Shown: positions 1-13,523, numbered from the whole stretch's first letter. The stretch: DNA of 63,032 nucleotides, filler included, from Hausera hauseri (GCA_046269625.1; 10 parts of 10 records of this genome joined end to end with filler, not necessarily neighbours in it), one strand, 5' to 3'. The notes: generated from the sequence alone by a model not told the origin. Program-made: numbers and translations.

Positions 1-486
1 TATCTGACTTCCTTTACCGAGTCGAAGAAACAGATATTCAAAAATAATATGCTGATTACCTCATACGTTACAAAAATTTCAAAACTGCGGTTCCTATGCA
101 TATTGCACATCCACAGCACACAATCCGCAGAACTGCCGTGAACATTGCAGAGCTACTACGGACAAACATAGAACCGGATCCAGTATTATATTTTTCCATG
201 ATGGGAGACTGTACTTGACTCATTATACAAGAACTTTTATTAAAATCACAAGACGCATTTGACAGACTTCAAGTCAAAGTCCAAGAAGACGATCTTCAAT
301 GAGCAACATAAGCCTGTTATTGCAGCAGCTGCTGCACAGCCATTTCCACACACTTCACCGCAGCACACCTTGATGCAGAATACTGGATCAATGGCGCAGT
401 AGCACACAGGATTAAAGTGCGCAGCGGCAAACATTCCAAATACACCACCAAAAAGTCAAAGGCAGCGAACAGTTGCTATAATAGCA

Positions 487-3480
487 TTGAAGAGGAAAGT
501 CCGAAGATATGTCATATCTGCAACTGATGAAACAATGCTTCATGAGTTTCTGGAATATACAAAGGATGAAATAAAGGGGAGTCTTCAAGACAACATGGTG
601 AAGCTCAAGGCCCTTAAAATCAATTTAAAATTAGAGGCCACATTCACCAATGTTGATGGTAACGAATGAAATAGGGCCTTCAAGACTAAAAATAGGCCAA
701 TATTGGAAACCACCAATATTTCAAAATTCTTGCATGAGGAACATGCGAAGCTGATACATTAAGCTGACGAGAGCTAAGACAAGAAGAGCGGATGGACACT
801 GGCAACCATAAAGAGATTGCTTGTGTTTGTGCACAAGTACTCCCCCATACGAGGCAGCTCCTATATGCAGCTTCCGAAATAGTTCGTTAAGAAAAAGCAT
901 GCATCAATGTCCCTAATGATGATGCAGTGTGTTTCGAATACCCTATTCTTTCAAAACTCGTACCGGATCAAAAATATGCATGTCCAGTTTGGTTGTATAA
1001 TTATCTACGGCACAATTATGACTTTCAACGTATTACGTTCCCGCCATCTATAGATGAAGATAAAAAATTCGGGCGACTTAACAATATATCCATCAATGTC
1101 TTTGAATTGGAGGAGGATAAATTATATCCGCTACAAATATGTGATTCCGAATTGGAAGATCATAAGGATCTGCTCCTCCTAGATGATGGAGAGTAGAGAC
1201 ATTTCATCTGGATCAAGAACTTTGAGCGTGTAGTAATATCCCAAATAACAAAAGACGACTATAGAATTGAAATCTGCAAACGATGGCTATCCCATTTCAG
1301 TGACAAATTAGCTGTGGATAGGCTTGTGAAGCACAAAACGTATTGCAAAAATAATTTCTGTATGAGGATAGAATTTCCCAAGAAAGACCATATAGAATTA
1401 AAAGAGTTGGAAAAGAAGCTCAAGATTTCAAAATTCATTTATTGCGACTTTGAAGCATTCTTGAGTCCAGTTCAGAGTTGCATCCCAAATCCGCAACAAA
1501 GCAGCACAACGTCATACCAATATCAGGAACTCTTGTTATATTATATGTATGCAAAAGGACTAGACAAGGAGCCATTTCTATCCAGGGATCTAAGCGCAGC
1601 AGTACATTTTATGAAGCGATTAGAAGAAATTGCACATAGGATTGAAGTCATGTTGCAGCAGCATAAGGATTTGGATAAAATGACCATGTCAAAGGAGCAT
1701 GAAGAAGAATGATCCGAGGCAACGACATGCTACTTGTGCTTCAAATCATTCAAAACGGAGAATTGCAAAGTCAGGGTCACTGCCGTTTTACAGAAAGGTA
1801 TCGAAGCGCAGCCTGCAGCAATCGCAATCTACGTTGCAGAACAATGACATTAGTGCCTGTAGTATTTCACAATATCCGTGGCTATGAATCCCATTTCATA
1901 GTTCGAGATTTGGAAAGATTGAGGGTAACATCGATGTGATTCCCAACAGAGAGGAGAAATATGTCACCTTTACAAAGTATGTCGGAAACGTCAGACTCCG
2001 CTTCATAGACAGCTTCCGATTCATGTCTTCTTCACTTGACAGCCTCGTGAAGAACTTTCCATCGGAATAACTTAAGGAAACGAAGCGGTTCTTTACAACA
2101 ATATTTGAATTGGTCAAGAGGAAAGGAGTGTTTCAAAGGGATGACTGGATAAAACATCATTGCCGTTCAAGAAGGACTTTTACAGTCAGCTCTGAAACAG
2201 TGATATCAGCAAGTGATATCAGTGATATCAGTGATATTTGCACGCCACAGGCTAGATCCAGCTCATTTCTTCACAGCTCCAGGAATAAGTTGAGCAGCAA
2301 TGATGCGATTTACCCGAATTACGTTGTAGATCCTTAATGCCTCATGATCAAGAGAGGCATTAGGGGTGGAATATGCCAGGCCACTCACCGGTATAGTGAG
2401 ACTAACAACAAGTACATGGCCGAATATGACCCATCAAAGCCATCCTCGTTTATCACATATTTGGATTCCAGAAATTTGTATGGATGGGAAATGAACGCCC
2501 AAGAGACATCGCAATACAAGATGTAAATACCAATTGAGATATGGGCTACATACTGAAGGTGAATGTGAAATTTGACTAGTAAATCCACACAAGGCATGAA
2601 CAGCTGCCCTTTTCTGCCATAGAGCAAGCAGCCACCTAATGGGAAATTCAGAAAGCTACAATGTCATATGGAGAATAGGGAGAGATATGTAGCTTACTAC
2701 ATCAATCTCCAGCGAGCAACGAAGAATGGACTCCACATAACCAAGATCCATGGAGCCCTGCAGTTCAGCCAGTCCATGTAGTTACAACTATATATTGACT
2801 TCAATACGCAGCTGTGGGCGAATGCTAAAAGCGACTTCGAGAAGAATTAGTTCAAGCTGTATAACAACAAGTTTTTGGCAAAAGGATGGTAACATCTGAA
2901 ACAGGATTAATATCCAACTGGTATGTGATTGGAAAAGGCCCAAGAAGCTCATTGTTAAGCCAAACTTCCACAGCAGCACGATATATGCTGAAAACCTCGT
3001 GAGTATCCATATGTTAAAGACATCACTGGAGTTCAATAAGTCAATAATGTGGGCATGTCTATAATGAATATATAAAAGACCTTTATGTACGACTTCCACT
3101 ACAACATCATGGTCCCCACATTTAAGGATCAACAGCTTATGTACATAGATACTCATAGCTTCATATATCAGATCCATACAGATGATATCTTTGACAACTT
3201 TGCTGAATTGGTCCAGCATATGGATAAATCGGACTATCCCAAAGACCATAGAAATTATTCTGTTTGAAATAAGAAGGGACTTGGGAAATTCAAAGATTAG
3301 CTGAATGGGGGAATCATCTCAAGATTTGTAACTCCTAGTTCAAAAATGTACGCCATTGACGTTAGTGGTCAAGTAAAAAGGCGAGCTAAGGATGTGCAAA
3401 GAGCCACATTAGCAAAGAAAATCAGCTTCGCCGACTATGTAAGAGTTCTGCAGGAGCAGAATCACAAGTAGGTATAAGTG
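487..3480 (+). pseudogene. polB: Polinton/adintovirus-type protein-primed family B DNA polymerase with EndoVII-like insert, heavily disrupted
   Basis: Motifs across frames in the expected order: GSSYMQLP..CINVPNDD..CF, FIYCDFEA (ExoI), HCRFTERYRSAACSNRNL (EndoVII-like), VFHNIRGYESHFI (ExoII), FIDSFRFMSSSL, RGIRGG..YLDSRNLYGW (motif A), KLYNN (motif B), MYIDTHS (decayed YxDTDS), LGKFKD. Many stops and frameshifts. Confidence 0.9.
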
Positions 3481-3513
3481 AGCTTGCTTTCATATTTCAT
3501 CCAATCGACTCCA

Positions 3514-4426
3514 AAACCACTTTCCCCGCCTATTGGTGAAAGTTGGTCAGACCTCCTTGGCCAAAAAGGAGGTCAAGCAATGGACTTTGGACCGAGTCAA
3601 ATCGGTAGCACTTGACGAGGCGAACAAAAGTTTACAGCGCGACGAAGCTCATAAATATAACCGCGACGAACTACAATACAAAAAGCAAAACAGGAAATGT
3701 GCCACGAGTAACATGATGCAAGTTGCTGACACTTTAATATGCTGTGAAAAGATGAAATGGATGTCGACAAATTGAATGTACATATTTTCAAGCTCGTTCA
3801 AACATGGAAACATGGAGAAAAATGAAGGGGCAATTTTCAAACTCACCAAATCTCCCCTTGTATCAGTCGGCCGCTGATGGGAATCGGTTAGATACGTAGC
3901 CCGTCACAAGATCTACATTTCATATTATAGACGCCTCACGACCAGATGCCCGGGAGATGGTAAAAACGGCACGAAACGCATTAATGTTAAAAATCATCAT
4001 TGTAAGAATGAAGTAGTAAGTAGAAGTGTCATTCCTGCCTCACTTCTCTGATTGGTCAGAAAACCACTTTTCCCCACTTCATTGGCTATAACGATCTTTT
4101 CACTCAATTTTCTCACGACCCCACCCCCTGGCAAAAAAAAGGAATTCCTGCAATTGACCATAGACTGAATCAAATCGGTAGCGTGTGACGAGACGAGCAA
4201 AAGTTTATAGCACGGGGGGATCACAAATGTAAGCTTGAATAGCAAAAAAGAAAAACAAAAAATGCGCCACGAGTAACGCGATACACGTTGATAGAACACT
4301 AATACACTGAACAAAGGTGAAATCGATGTCGGCAAATAAAATGGACACGGTTTCAAGCTAGTTTAAACATGGAAACATGGGGAAAAATGCAGGGGAAAAT
4401 GTCAAACGGCAAAAATTTCCCCTTGT
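3514..4426 (+). repeat. Two diverged ~350-bp direct repeats (about 3514-3860 and 4060-4426)
   Basis: Collinear shared blocks: AAAACCACTTT, TCAAATCGGTAGC, CAAAAGTTTA, GCCACGAGTAAC, AAACATGGAAACATGG, CCCCTTGT. Confidence 0.8.
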
Positions 4427-4659
4427 TAGGGTCTGACGATCAGACGATTGTAATGTCGCAAAAATTAACGCGCACGCGTTGCTAAAACTGTGTAATTTTG
4501 AAAAATCTGCCAAATTGTACGCCTCTGTACGTCAATGACGACGACAACGGTGAAATTTGAGTCTAATAGTAGAGGAAACCGCTATATGCATTAACACAAC
4601 AAAATTATATATTTAAAATACACAAAGCTGTAGTACAAAGCAAACAAAACGTTCTGCTA

Positions 4660-5054
4660 CTGATGTACACAAAAGTCTCTGTAAATTAAGCCCCAATAAG
4701 CAGTAAAGTCTACACAGTAGTCATTGGATGTTGATAATGAAGTCTATTATATTCAAAACAATGATCTGTTGATCGTCTTTCGATTTGTGAAACTAACGAT
4801 GAGGGATAGTAAAATCCGAGCGGGTCAAATACTCTGACGATGGTCGGATGTACGTACACAGCAATACAATGTTCGCCCGGTAACGCCGACGTGTGTGTAT
4901 TGACAATAAAACTACCAGTTTCTCGTAAGCCACACGGCACACGGTCCAGTGGCAGCACACCGTGAAATTTCGTACACAAGAGCCGTTTCCCGTTGTGACT
5001 GAGATCAGTGGAGCCAAACGTAAACATAACAAAATTAATAATTAACCACTTCAT
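4660..5054 (-). pseudogene. Adenain-like cysteine protease (Polinton PRO)
   Basis: FIVNTHTSALPGEHCIAVY..VFDPLGF..YQHPMTTV. The catalytic CGxYC region is frameshifted at about 4710 and continues as RLYCLL. Confidence 0.85.
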
Positions 5055-5089
5055 GGCACTAAGAAAAAGAGAGACATTGGATTTTATTT

Positions 5090-5930
5090 ATACAATGTTT
5101 GTTGAGCAGTTGTTTAAGTGTAACGAGCATAAATTTTTGCCAATCACATACTACCAAAACAACGCGTCCTTATAGAACGACGTTGAACCTTTGGGTATGG
5201 TGTAAAACACGAGTTTGGTGCGTTGTAATGGACAACAGGCATTCTGTGTTTCCAAACCCAATTGATATCCCATGAGCACAGATGGTTCTACCTTTACATG
5301 ACGTACGTATAATCGTGCCTCGGTAATTTTCAGTATGAACTTAAGATTTGCAACCGTAGTTTTTAGGCAGAAGACATTATCGTTGCGTTTAAGTCGAATC
5401 ATAGATTTAACATCAGGTAGCAGGTATTTCAGCTGATCGAAAAAGTCAAAATACAGCGGTCCGCACATTGTAAATGCTTTTGATTCTGCCACGCATGCCT
5501 GACGGTTTGATTCAGTGACGTCATATCCGATGGTTGTTGTCAAATGAATTGTTTTCGTGTCTGTGCTGTAATTCAGAGCCGTTTCAATGAGTGCTTTGAT
5601 ACTGTATAGAGTGGTGTTGCCTTCAATTTTGACGCTGTTTAGAATCTGTGAAGCCTCATGGAACTGTGTGAGAAAAGGGTAATTGGCTCGTGTAACAGTG
5701 TCTGTTGCAGCGAGAACCGTTTATGCATCCTTTTTAACAATGACTTTTACATGTAGTAGCATGTCGTTCAAATCCACGTATTCATTTCCCGATGCCATAA
5801 TTTTGAATTGAATGTCAGCGTTATCGACCGTTGAAACCGAATCAACGTGTAGATTTCTTTAAATGCCGCATTGTCAAAATCAACTTGTGGCACGGCTTTG
5901 TCAAATATATGCAATTCAGATTTTGCAGGT
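5090..5930 (-). pseudogene. Polinton major capsid protein (double jelly-roll), disrupted and C-terminally deleted
   Basis: IQFKIMASGNEYVDLNDMLLHVKV, YSIKALIETALNYS, GPLYFDFFDQLKYLLPDV, ITEARLYVRHVKVEPSV..CPLQRTKLVFYTIPKG. Sits between the penton and protease genes, as in Polintons. Confidence 0.85.
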
Positions 5931-5949
5931 GCCATTTGCCTGTCAAGAG

Positions 5950-6260
5950 AAAATCGTACGACGACGTTTGTTTATAGCTAAAAAACCAGCTGATCTACCA
6001 TGTTGTTTTTTGTTTTTTTTGATTGATTCAACGACTCACGGTGCAGCGCTTTTTATTCCTGTCAAGGCGTGTTCCTTCAGTGATTGTAAAATTGATTGTT
6101 TTTCATATTGTACATCCTGTTCTGTTTTTGCTGCCACGAATCCAATACGCTTCAACACCGGAAATGTTAAACGTGCCAATGTATGGAACTGTATAGAACC
6201 ATATTGTTTACCAACGAAATACGGCAGTCACCGCCTTGCTGCGGTTTACTGTAAATGGAT
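5950..6260 (-). pseudogene. Small Polinton virion core / membrane-active precursor protein (frameshifted)
   Basis: Manual translation QGGD/LPYFVGKQYGSIQFHTLARLTFPVLKRIGFVAAK: a GG site followed by an amphipathic helix, located between penton and MCP. Confidence 0.6.
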
Positions 6261-7303
6261 ACGATTTCAGAATCAATCACATTGTTGGTTTCGACGGAAA
6301 TTCAATAAGAAAGCCCACGTCACATCTGATATTGACTTCAACAGTGTTTATAGATGTACATGCCACAGGTAGGTACATTGGATTATCGAGCTTGACACTG
6401 TCGACAGCAGTATACTTGCTGCTTTCCGGATAAATTGCACGGAGTAGCGGTACACGTACTCCACCAACCAAAATAGGTTCGGTGACGTTTACGTAAATGT
6501 ACATTTGACTTAGTCCAGTTTTCAGTTTAGGTTTAAGTGTTACAACATGTGCCGTCTTCATATTCGATGCCCCAAACCGCTGTTTTCAAAACCCAATACC
6601 ATAGCCAAAGCTTTGTCCAATAAAATGTCGACAATATCCTTAACTAGTTAAAATTTAATGTATCCATTTGTATCTGACTCAGAAACTTTAAATATCGCCT
6701 TGTATTTTTGAATTGAAAAGAAGTGTTGACAGAGATGTGCTATTGATTGGCAATAGACATTGGCTCCAATCGATACGTATGATATTGACACCCTATCTGC
6801 TGTATAGGTAAATTTCACCATTGTCTGGTAATATACGGAACTTAATCTTGGACCAACTACATATTCACTTTTAATATCTTTACCTTTGTACTCTGTATCT
6901 TTGTATCCCAATTTCTGCGCCATATCAGAGGACTCAAACGTCACAGTAAATTCAAAATCTGCTATAAAATATAAGTTTTGATCTAAAATAAAAACACCGG
7001 TCTTGCCGTGTGAACCGTAATTTGCTTTGGGCGTGCAAATGGCCGATTCTCCAACTGTTATTTTATTGTTAATAAGTGTCAGAGGTCAATGGTTTCAGTA
7101 ACAATCTTGTTGTACGTTATTTTCATTCTGCACTTCAATGTTACCATTACGTAGTAAAAGTTAAATTCTGTTAGTACAACCTTCCATTTTCCAGATAAAT
7201 CTAAAGGATCGTTCCAATATACAACGTATTCACTGGCTGAATTGTTCGGACGAGTCGTCGGACAAATGTTGCTCGGCAACACTATGTAAATAGTTATATT
7301 CAC
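6250..7303 (-). pseudogene. Polinton minor capsid (penton) protein, fragmented
   Basis: N-terminal YIVLPSN..PNNSASEY..LDLSGKWKVVLTE and C-terminal MYIYVNVTEPILVGGVRVPLLR..NPMYLPV..INTVEVNIRCDVG. Confidence 0.85.
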
Positions 7304-7394
7304 AATGATGTCAATGATGATTATGCAGTTTTTTTATTATTGACTACGTCCAAAATGTAACGTCACATAGATCGTTGATCCAATTAGAAATTTA

Positions 7395-7494
7395 NNNNNN
7401 NNNNNNNNNNNNNNNNNNNNNNNNNNNNNNNNNNNNNNTTAATTAATTAANNNNNNNNNNNNNNNNNNNNNNNNNNNNNNNNNNNNNNNNNNNN
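7395..7494. other. Artificial contig-joining spacer (first of nine)
   Basis: 44 N + TTAATTAATTAA (stops in all six frames) + 44 N. Identical spacers at 11582-11681, 21800-21899, 26138-26237, 33194-33293, 37453-37552, 41966-42065, 46378-46477 and 57624-57723. Confidence 0.98.
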
Positions 7495-7849
7495 GACTAA
7501 AGGGGCCGTAGTCGGAGTCGATTTGTGTCCCACTCCACAGCCCTGTACTCGACGATTCATCATGTTACTGTGATCACGCACCTTGATGGTTTTGATCACA
7601 TGGAATTCCGCAGTTAGGTAGTACATTACATGTCTTCACAGTCCAAGGAAAATAATCAAAGAATGGTTACATTGCTTCTATCTCACATAGCCCAACCCCG
7701 CGTCCGTGTCGTGGGAGATTTCAAACAGACAAATTAGGGAATTGCAGGAATCAGATGGCGTATGACATGGGTTTGCATCCACAGGACCCCTGCGGTCATC
7801 ATGAAGGCTGCTACAACTACTACTTCCTGTTCGTCCCATTGACGGAGCA

Positions 7850-8070
7850 TCACAGTAGTTTTCCATCTTTCACGATCCAATGTGTATATTCTTATTCTGT
7901 TCCACGATATATTCTCTACGTTAATCTCGAGCGTCATGAGACCTTCTATAGAATGTTGGTCTTTTGACCTTACTCTTTCCCTCGGGTTCCATTGCAACGC
8001 ATGTCTGGCAATGTTGCTTTTCTCTTTCTGTGAAGTGGCTATCACTTTCTGATGTTGTCCATATTTGCTT
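7850..8070 (-). mobile_element. 3' fragment of RTE-like non-LTR retrotransposon ORF
   Basis: NIARHALQWNP..ISWNRI..LDRERWK resembles the RTE-clade C-terminal domain. Confidence 0.6.
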
Positions 8071-8999
8071 CCCGTCCCGTCCTCTCTAGTAGATCTTTAT
8101 TTTTATCTTGTCACTTAACACAGATTATTTGTCTACGTTTTTCGCTGTTTTTACTGTGCTGCATTTAGGAATTTGTGTTCGTCACTTAATTACCGAGCTT
8201 CGTGCTCGAAATGACACTGTGGCTGCAATTTTGCTTGAGGTGCATTGGACGTGTCTGTGTGTCGGCTCTAATGCACAACAAACTTGTCTGGGATTACGAT
8301 GTTTTTTTTTTTTTTAAATGTTTCTGTGTTAGATGCGCGCTGTATCTGCTGAGATAGTGAGTGACCTTACAGTTATATTCATAATGCCATTTATACACTG
8401 ATTTGACCAAACACTCTGTACGGAGGAGCTGATGACCTCAAGTTGACAGCTGCTTTCTTCCGAAATATTCAAGTTGACATTTGAAGACGTACTAAGAAGA
8501 AGAAGAAGATATGCCGGTTTACTGATCCTTGTAGCGACGGACATTCTTCAAGAACGCAGTCATTTATTCTCTGCGGCATTTGCTCCTACAGGCGGCGGGG
8601 CAGCTACAGGATTATCTCGTTTCCAGTCGTGCCGAAACCGTAACACTAACTAATGAACTAAATTTATTCACAAATGTTTGTAGTTTGCGTTTCACTGTCC
8701 CGAGTTTTTCTTTCAAATTTTCTGAGCCATAAAACATAACTTATTTGACGCTGGAGTTAAAATGTGAAGGCCGATATCATCAGAGGCTGTGATCTTTCCA
8801 TATATTTTTTTAGTGACACAAGGGCGCGGCTTGTCTTGTTAATTCTGGTTTTTATGTCCGTTTCCGTGTGTGCGAACTACTTTAATAATACATTAGGTTT
8901 TCGTCCAGACATCTGTCTTGTCCAGCCTTTATTTTCATTAATTTGGTTTTTATATGTGCTTAACTCTAGACCTGATAGGTTTGCAGTTTATTAAAATAA

Positions 9000-11090
9000 C
9001 ATTTCTGTCTTTTCCTGCATCTCTTTTCCTGTATGTAGAGAAGACATAAGTCATCAATAAAGCCCAATGCCTCCAATCTTTCGGTTTGGGCTCACTGAAT
9101 TCCCGTAGATGGGCCCAGTGTTTCATTACTCAGTTTATAAAAATGCATAAGATAAAGGTAGACAGTATACATCCTTGTCTTAATCCTGTTCTAACCTCAA
9201 ATGGTTGTTAGATCGCTGTTATGTGCTACTCTGAATATTTTGTTAGTGCATAGGCTCTAAATCATGTTGACGGTTACGTAGGTGCTATTTTGGCGGCGAA
9301 TTAGTCGGTCAAGATCCTTTACCTACGTCCAAGTCGTGAGTCCGGGCAACTGTTGGGAAACCTACCAGACGGGCGGAGGCTCGGGATGGTCCCCAGTTGA
9401 GTGGTGGTTCACTTCTAGGAGGACAAATATTGCACTAGAGCCTGGGGGAACTCAGTCAAGTTCCTAGATCCCATTGGTACAGCAGGAATACTCAGCTATC
9501 CTCCTCCATAGTCTTTCTTAGAACTCCTACAGCCCTTCTCATGACTCATCTGGAAGAACTGACGCTCAGTGATGTGGAGATTGAATAAAACAACAATGAT
9601 GTTGAGGATTATTGTGGTTATTGTTGTGACAGTCTTTGTTGTGTAAGGATTCTTCACTTAATTTCCCTACCAACCATACAAATGTTTTTTTGTTTAATCA
9701 ATGAAGTTAATGTATAGGCGTGATTGGTATTCCAGTGAGTGCTCTATTATTAACCACAAGGTTGCTATGTGATCTTTGCATGCTGTAGATTTCCTAAAGC
9801 CAGAAGGTTCTTTTCTCAATGTTTCATCAAAAGCGTCTTTAATCCTTTTCAGTACGATTCTGGCGAGAACCTTGATTGGTAATGTCTCTCCGGTTGTTGT
9901 ATTTTCTGGATCTCATTTTTTTTGGTGGAGATTTTCAGCCAATATCTCTTATACTTGACTCATCATGAAGGTTGTCTATGGAAGTGGGTTGCATGCTTTC
10001 AGAGTCTCTGGGGCTATATTATCAGGTCTAGGCACTTTTCCATTCTTAAGTTTTCCTATCTTTTTTTTTCTTTTTGGTTATTGGTTCTATGTTGATATTT
10101 AGGTCATTTCCTACATCAGTACGTGGTATATACTATGATTATTTGTCATTTAGCAAAATGCTGAAGTATTCTTTCCATCGTTATAGTTGATTATAGAGTC
10201 TCTGAATTGTTTTTTCCATTTACATGATTTGGTCTGATTATTTTCTGGTAATTTCATAAAGTGTTTTGTGTCATGTTTTCCCGCTTCCTGTTGTGCTTCA
10301 CTGGCCAGTTTATTGATTTTACCCCTTTTATCTTTTCTGACTTTTTTCTTAAATTCTTTCTTTTTTTCGTAGCATTCTTTCTGAGCTTGTCGGCTTTCAG
10401 ATCTTGTCTTCGCCATCTATAGCTTCTCCCAGTTTGTGTTGACTGTGTACTATGACTTTTGTATGTTTTCTCTACGTTTTTCGTTTCCTGTTTCTGTAAA
10501 CGGCTCCTTGATTCTCTGCCAGGTCTTTTCTGTCGACCAATCCTCCAGTTCTCACAGAGTATGAAATATGTTTGATAATGCATACTATAATGAATTCTTG
10601 CCTTGCTCTTGCGTCCACAATTGTTTTAGTGTTACATTTTTGTTGTGGTTGGGGTTTTCTTTGCAATAATTACGTAGTGATCGCTCGCTGCATCTGCTCC
10701 TTGGTATAACTGATCATTCAGTAAATTAACTAATCATTCGTTTTGTGGTAATGTGGTATATTTGTTCACTTTTGTCCTGTCTAGAGATTTCCTTGTCAGC
10801 TTATGGGTCTATCGATGAAGGATAATAGTTTCTTCTATGATCATCTCCTTTAAGCTGCAGAATTAGTGAACAGTTCTCCATTTTGATCCATAGTTTCCAA
10901 GCCATTGCTTTTCACTTTGTTTTCTCTTCCTTTGTTTTCCTTTCTCACTTTGACATTCATTCCTCCCATAGCAAACAGTATATCTCTTTTTGACATTTGG
11001 TTTGTTGTAGAACATTTCTTTGGTAGAATCTTCTGCATTATTTCTAAATTTTCCATGAAATCATGCTGTCGTCATCATTTCATTTAATGC
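9000..11090 (-). mobile_element. Decayed RTE-like LINE (APE endonuclease and RT N-terminal remnants)
   Basis: RDILFAMGGMNVKV..NGELF (decayed MGDxNAKVG..NENGE), KKKVRKDKR..LASEAQQ, GKVPRPDNIAPETLK. Many frameshifts. Boundaries approximate. Confidence 0.7.
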
Positions 11091-11246
11091 CTCCCACTGC
11101 ATTAGACTCTTTTGACCCTCTACTTTTCACCAGTGGCAGAGCGTGGAATTTTTTATAGTGTTAGCACATTGTTTGTACAATGTTCAGTTTGTCCAATGTT
11201 ACTACTCACTACCCATAGAGTAAGGCATTAAGGAAAGTTTTTACTA

Positions 11247-11575
11247 GATAAGATAAGATAAGATATGATAGATAAGACAAGATCTTTATTTAATCAGGGT
11301 TGATAAACAGACAGTATTGCATTTTAAACATTACTGCCCTGGAGGTAGATTTTTCCTATAATTTTTTTCCAGACAGCGGCCGTTAGTACTACTCTTTTTC
11401 CATTTCTAACTGCCAAGGGGTTTTTAACGTGCATGACAATGAATACGGACGTCCAATCTCACCATCCAGAGATCAGGCGAATTTATTACTAGAAGATCCA
11501 GGAAAAAAAAATCCCAAGTGCTTCCACCGGGATTCGAACCACGTACCTCTAGCACTCGAGGCGAACGGAAAAACA
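11247..11575 (-). mobile_element. tRNA-derived SINE, possibly MetaSINE-type
   Basis: Minus strand has Pol III B box GGTTCGAATCCC (about 11529-11540), a central CATGCACGTTAAAAACCCC resembling the Meta domain (from memory), and a (TCTTA)n tail at 11247-11284. Confidence 0.65.
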
Positions 11576-12140
11576 AATTTCNNNNNNNNNNNNNNNNNNN
11601 NNNNNNNNNNNNNNNNNNNNNNNNNTTAATTAATTAANNNNNNNNNNNNNNNNNNNNNNNNNNNNNNNNNNNNNNNNNNNNGCTTTGTGCTTATTTTTGC
11701 TACTATCAGCTTCTTCTGCTATTTTAGCTACTATTAAGCTGTTTTATGCTAATTTCAGCTTTTTCAGATACTTCCAACTGTATTTTGCTTCTTTCTGCTA
11801 TTTCAGAGAAGATTCAGCTGTTTTTAGCTAATTCTTGAACAAATGGCATTCACACATGCATTTTCACAGGAAATGAAATTTTCTCTAGTTATTATTTAAT
11901 TTTAATTTTTTAAATTAAGCATCTATGAGAATTTAGTAGCGCTCTGGTATTGTTTCGGTCAAGACTTTGAGTCAAGAACAAACACTGTTTAAAGAGGTTT
12001 GCATCTCCCCCTGACCCAAACCCCCAACCCCCCGGTGGCCGAACCTACTACTCGCACATATATTAATAAACACAACGTAGAACATCATAGTTTTATTTAG
12101 GGAAAAAACATAAATTCTATAAAATCTATTACCTTTAACA

Positions 12141-13523
12141 ATGGGCACATCTCAGAGTAAAAATACTCCTTTAGAAGGAGATGAAAAGTTTATGTCACAG
12201 AAACATCCAGACAGCTTGAAATACGCAAATAAATGGAACAAGGAAGGAGTGAAGTGCACTCTGAAAGTACAAACATGGCAGAGTTTAATATGTAAACTCG
12301 AGGCGGAGAAAGAAAAAACAAAAGGAAAGAAAGACAGAGAAAAGTTGAACAGTGAGATAGAACAGGCGAAAATCTGGTTAAACGAAGCGAAAAACCGGAG
12401 AGGACAAATTGAAAAGTCAAAAGAGCGAAAACGGGCCAACGCCCTGTTACTCAAATCAGAAGACAATGAAACCCCAGCCAGACCCCCTTCTGGGGCAAAA
12501 CCAAAACCAACCCAAACCTCCTCCTCCTCCTACAACTTAAGAGACACAGCTAAAAGAAATTTAGAAGGGGCCATGGGGGAAGACGAGCCCCATTCAGGTG
12601 AAAAAGAACAGAAAAAGGGCCAGGGAAGCATCTACCCCCTCATAGAGGTGGCCAATCCTATTCCAAAGAACGACACAGACCTAACCACCTATGTCTTCCG
12701 CCCCTGGACCCTGACCGAGGCCCAAGCCGCTGTGCAGGGTGTGACCCCACCCCAAGCTGACCCAGAACAATGGATAGTTGACATGCAGGGTGTGATACAA
12801 TCTTATAGATTAAATGCCCACGAAGCCGGTCAGGCTATACAGTCTAGCTTGGGAAAAGACTGGGCCAGAGTTAGAGGTAATTACTCGGGTCGAAACCAGC
12901 TGGGAGAGGTCTTCCCTTATGATTTGTCGAAACTAGATGGGATGGGGATAGCATATAAGGCCGAATGGGTAGCTCTGTGCACGAGGGTAAGAGAAACGTT
13001 TAAAAAGCGCCCAAATTATGCCGAATTAGAAGCCGTAAAACAAAAACCCGGAGAAAGCTGTGAAGATTTTAGGCATCGGTATGAAGTGGCTTTTAAAGTA
13101 CATAGCGGCATCCCCATGGAAGATGGAGACGCATCCACCTACCAACAACAACTAAAACAGGGCATTATGAGAGGACTCCACACCCACATAGCTCAGTGGG
13201 TGACAAAACATTATGTTAATCTGCCGACTTCCTCATTAGCCGAAACTATGAATTGGGTGAGGCACGCAGAACAATTGAAGAAAAATAATAAAGGAGGTGT
13301 TTTTTATGCCACAATGCCTTATCGGGGACCACGCGGGCGAGGACGCGGCCGCATTAGACGGGGTGGGAGAGGCCGACAGGATTACCTAGGAAAAGGCCCA
13401 GATAGACAAAACTTCGCACAAAAGATTTATGGGGGCGACGGATGTTGGATTTGTGGTGACATGGATCATTGGAGTAGAGAATGTCCGAATAACACGAGTG
13501 GACTGAATGAAAAACAGGCGTGA
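12141..13523 (+). CDS. gag: Retroviral Gag
   Basis: Myristoylation start MGTSQS, IYPLI late-domain-like motif, major homology region VKQKPGESCEDFRHRY, RG-rich tract, single CCHC knuckle CWICGDMDHWSREC. Confidence 0.95.
   Translation: MGTSQSKNTPLEGDEKFMSQKHPDSLKYANKWNKEGVKCTLKVQTWQSLICKLEAEKEKTKGKKDREKLNSEIEQAKIWLNEAKNRRGQIEKSKERKRANALLLKSEDNETPARPPSGAKPKPTQTSSSSYNLRDTAKRNLEGAMGEDEPHSGEKEQKKGQGSIYPLIEVANPIPKNDTDLTTYVFRPWTLTEAQAAVQGVTPPQADPEQWIVDMQGVIQSYRLNAHEAGQAIQSSLGKDWARVRGNYSGRNQLGEVFPYDLSKLDGMGIAYKAEWVALCTRVRETFKKRPNYAELEAVKQKPGESCEDFRHRYEVAFKVHSGIPMEDGDASTYQQQLKQGIMRGLHTHIAQWVTKHYVNLPTSSLAETMNWVRHAEQLKKNNKGGVFYATMPYRGPRGRGRGRIRRGGRGRQDYLGKGPDRQNFAQKIYGGDGCWICGDMDHWSRECPNNTSGLNEKQA

Noticed and set aside
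7439-7450. Recurrent TTAATTAATTAA palindrome as a biological motif
   Set aside because: It is always centred in 100-nt N spacers and is a synthetic six-frame stop linker.
11520-11570. Functional tRNA gene
   Set aside because: Only a B-box/T-arm is clear, and it is followed by a SINE-like body and simple-repeat tail.
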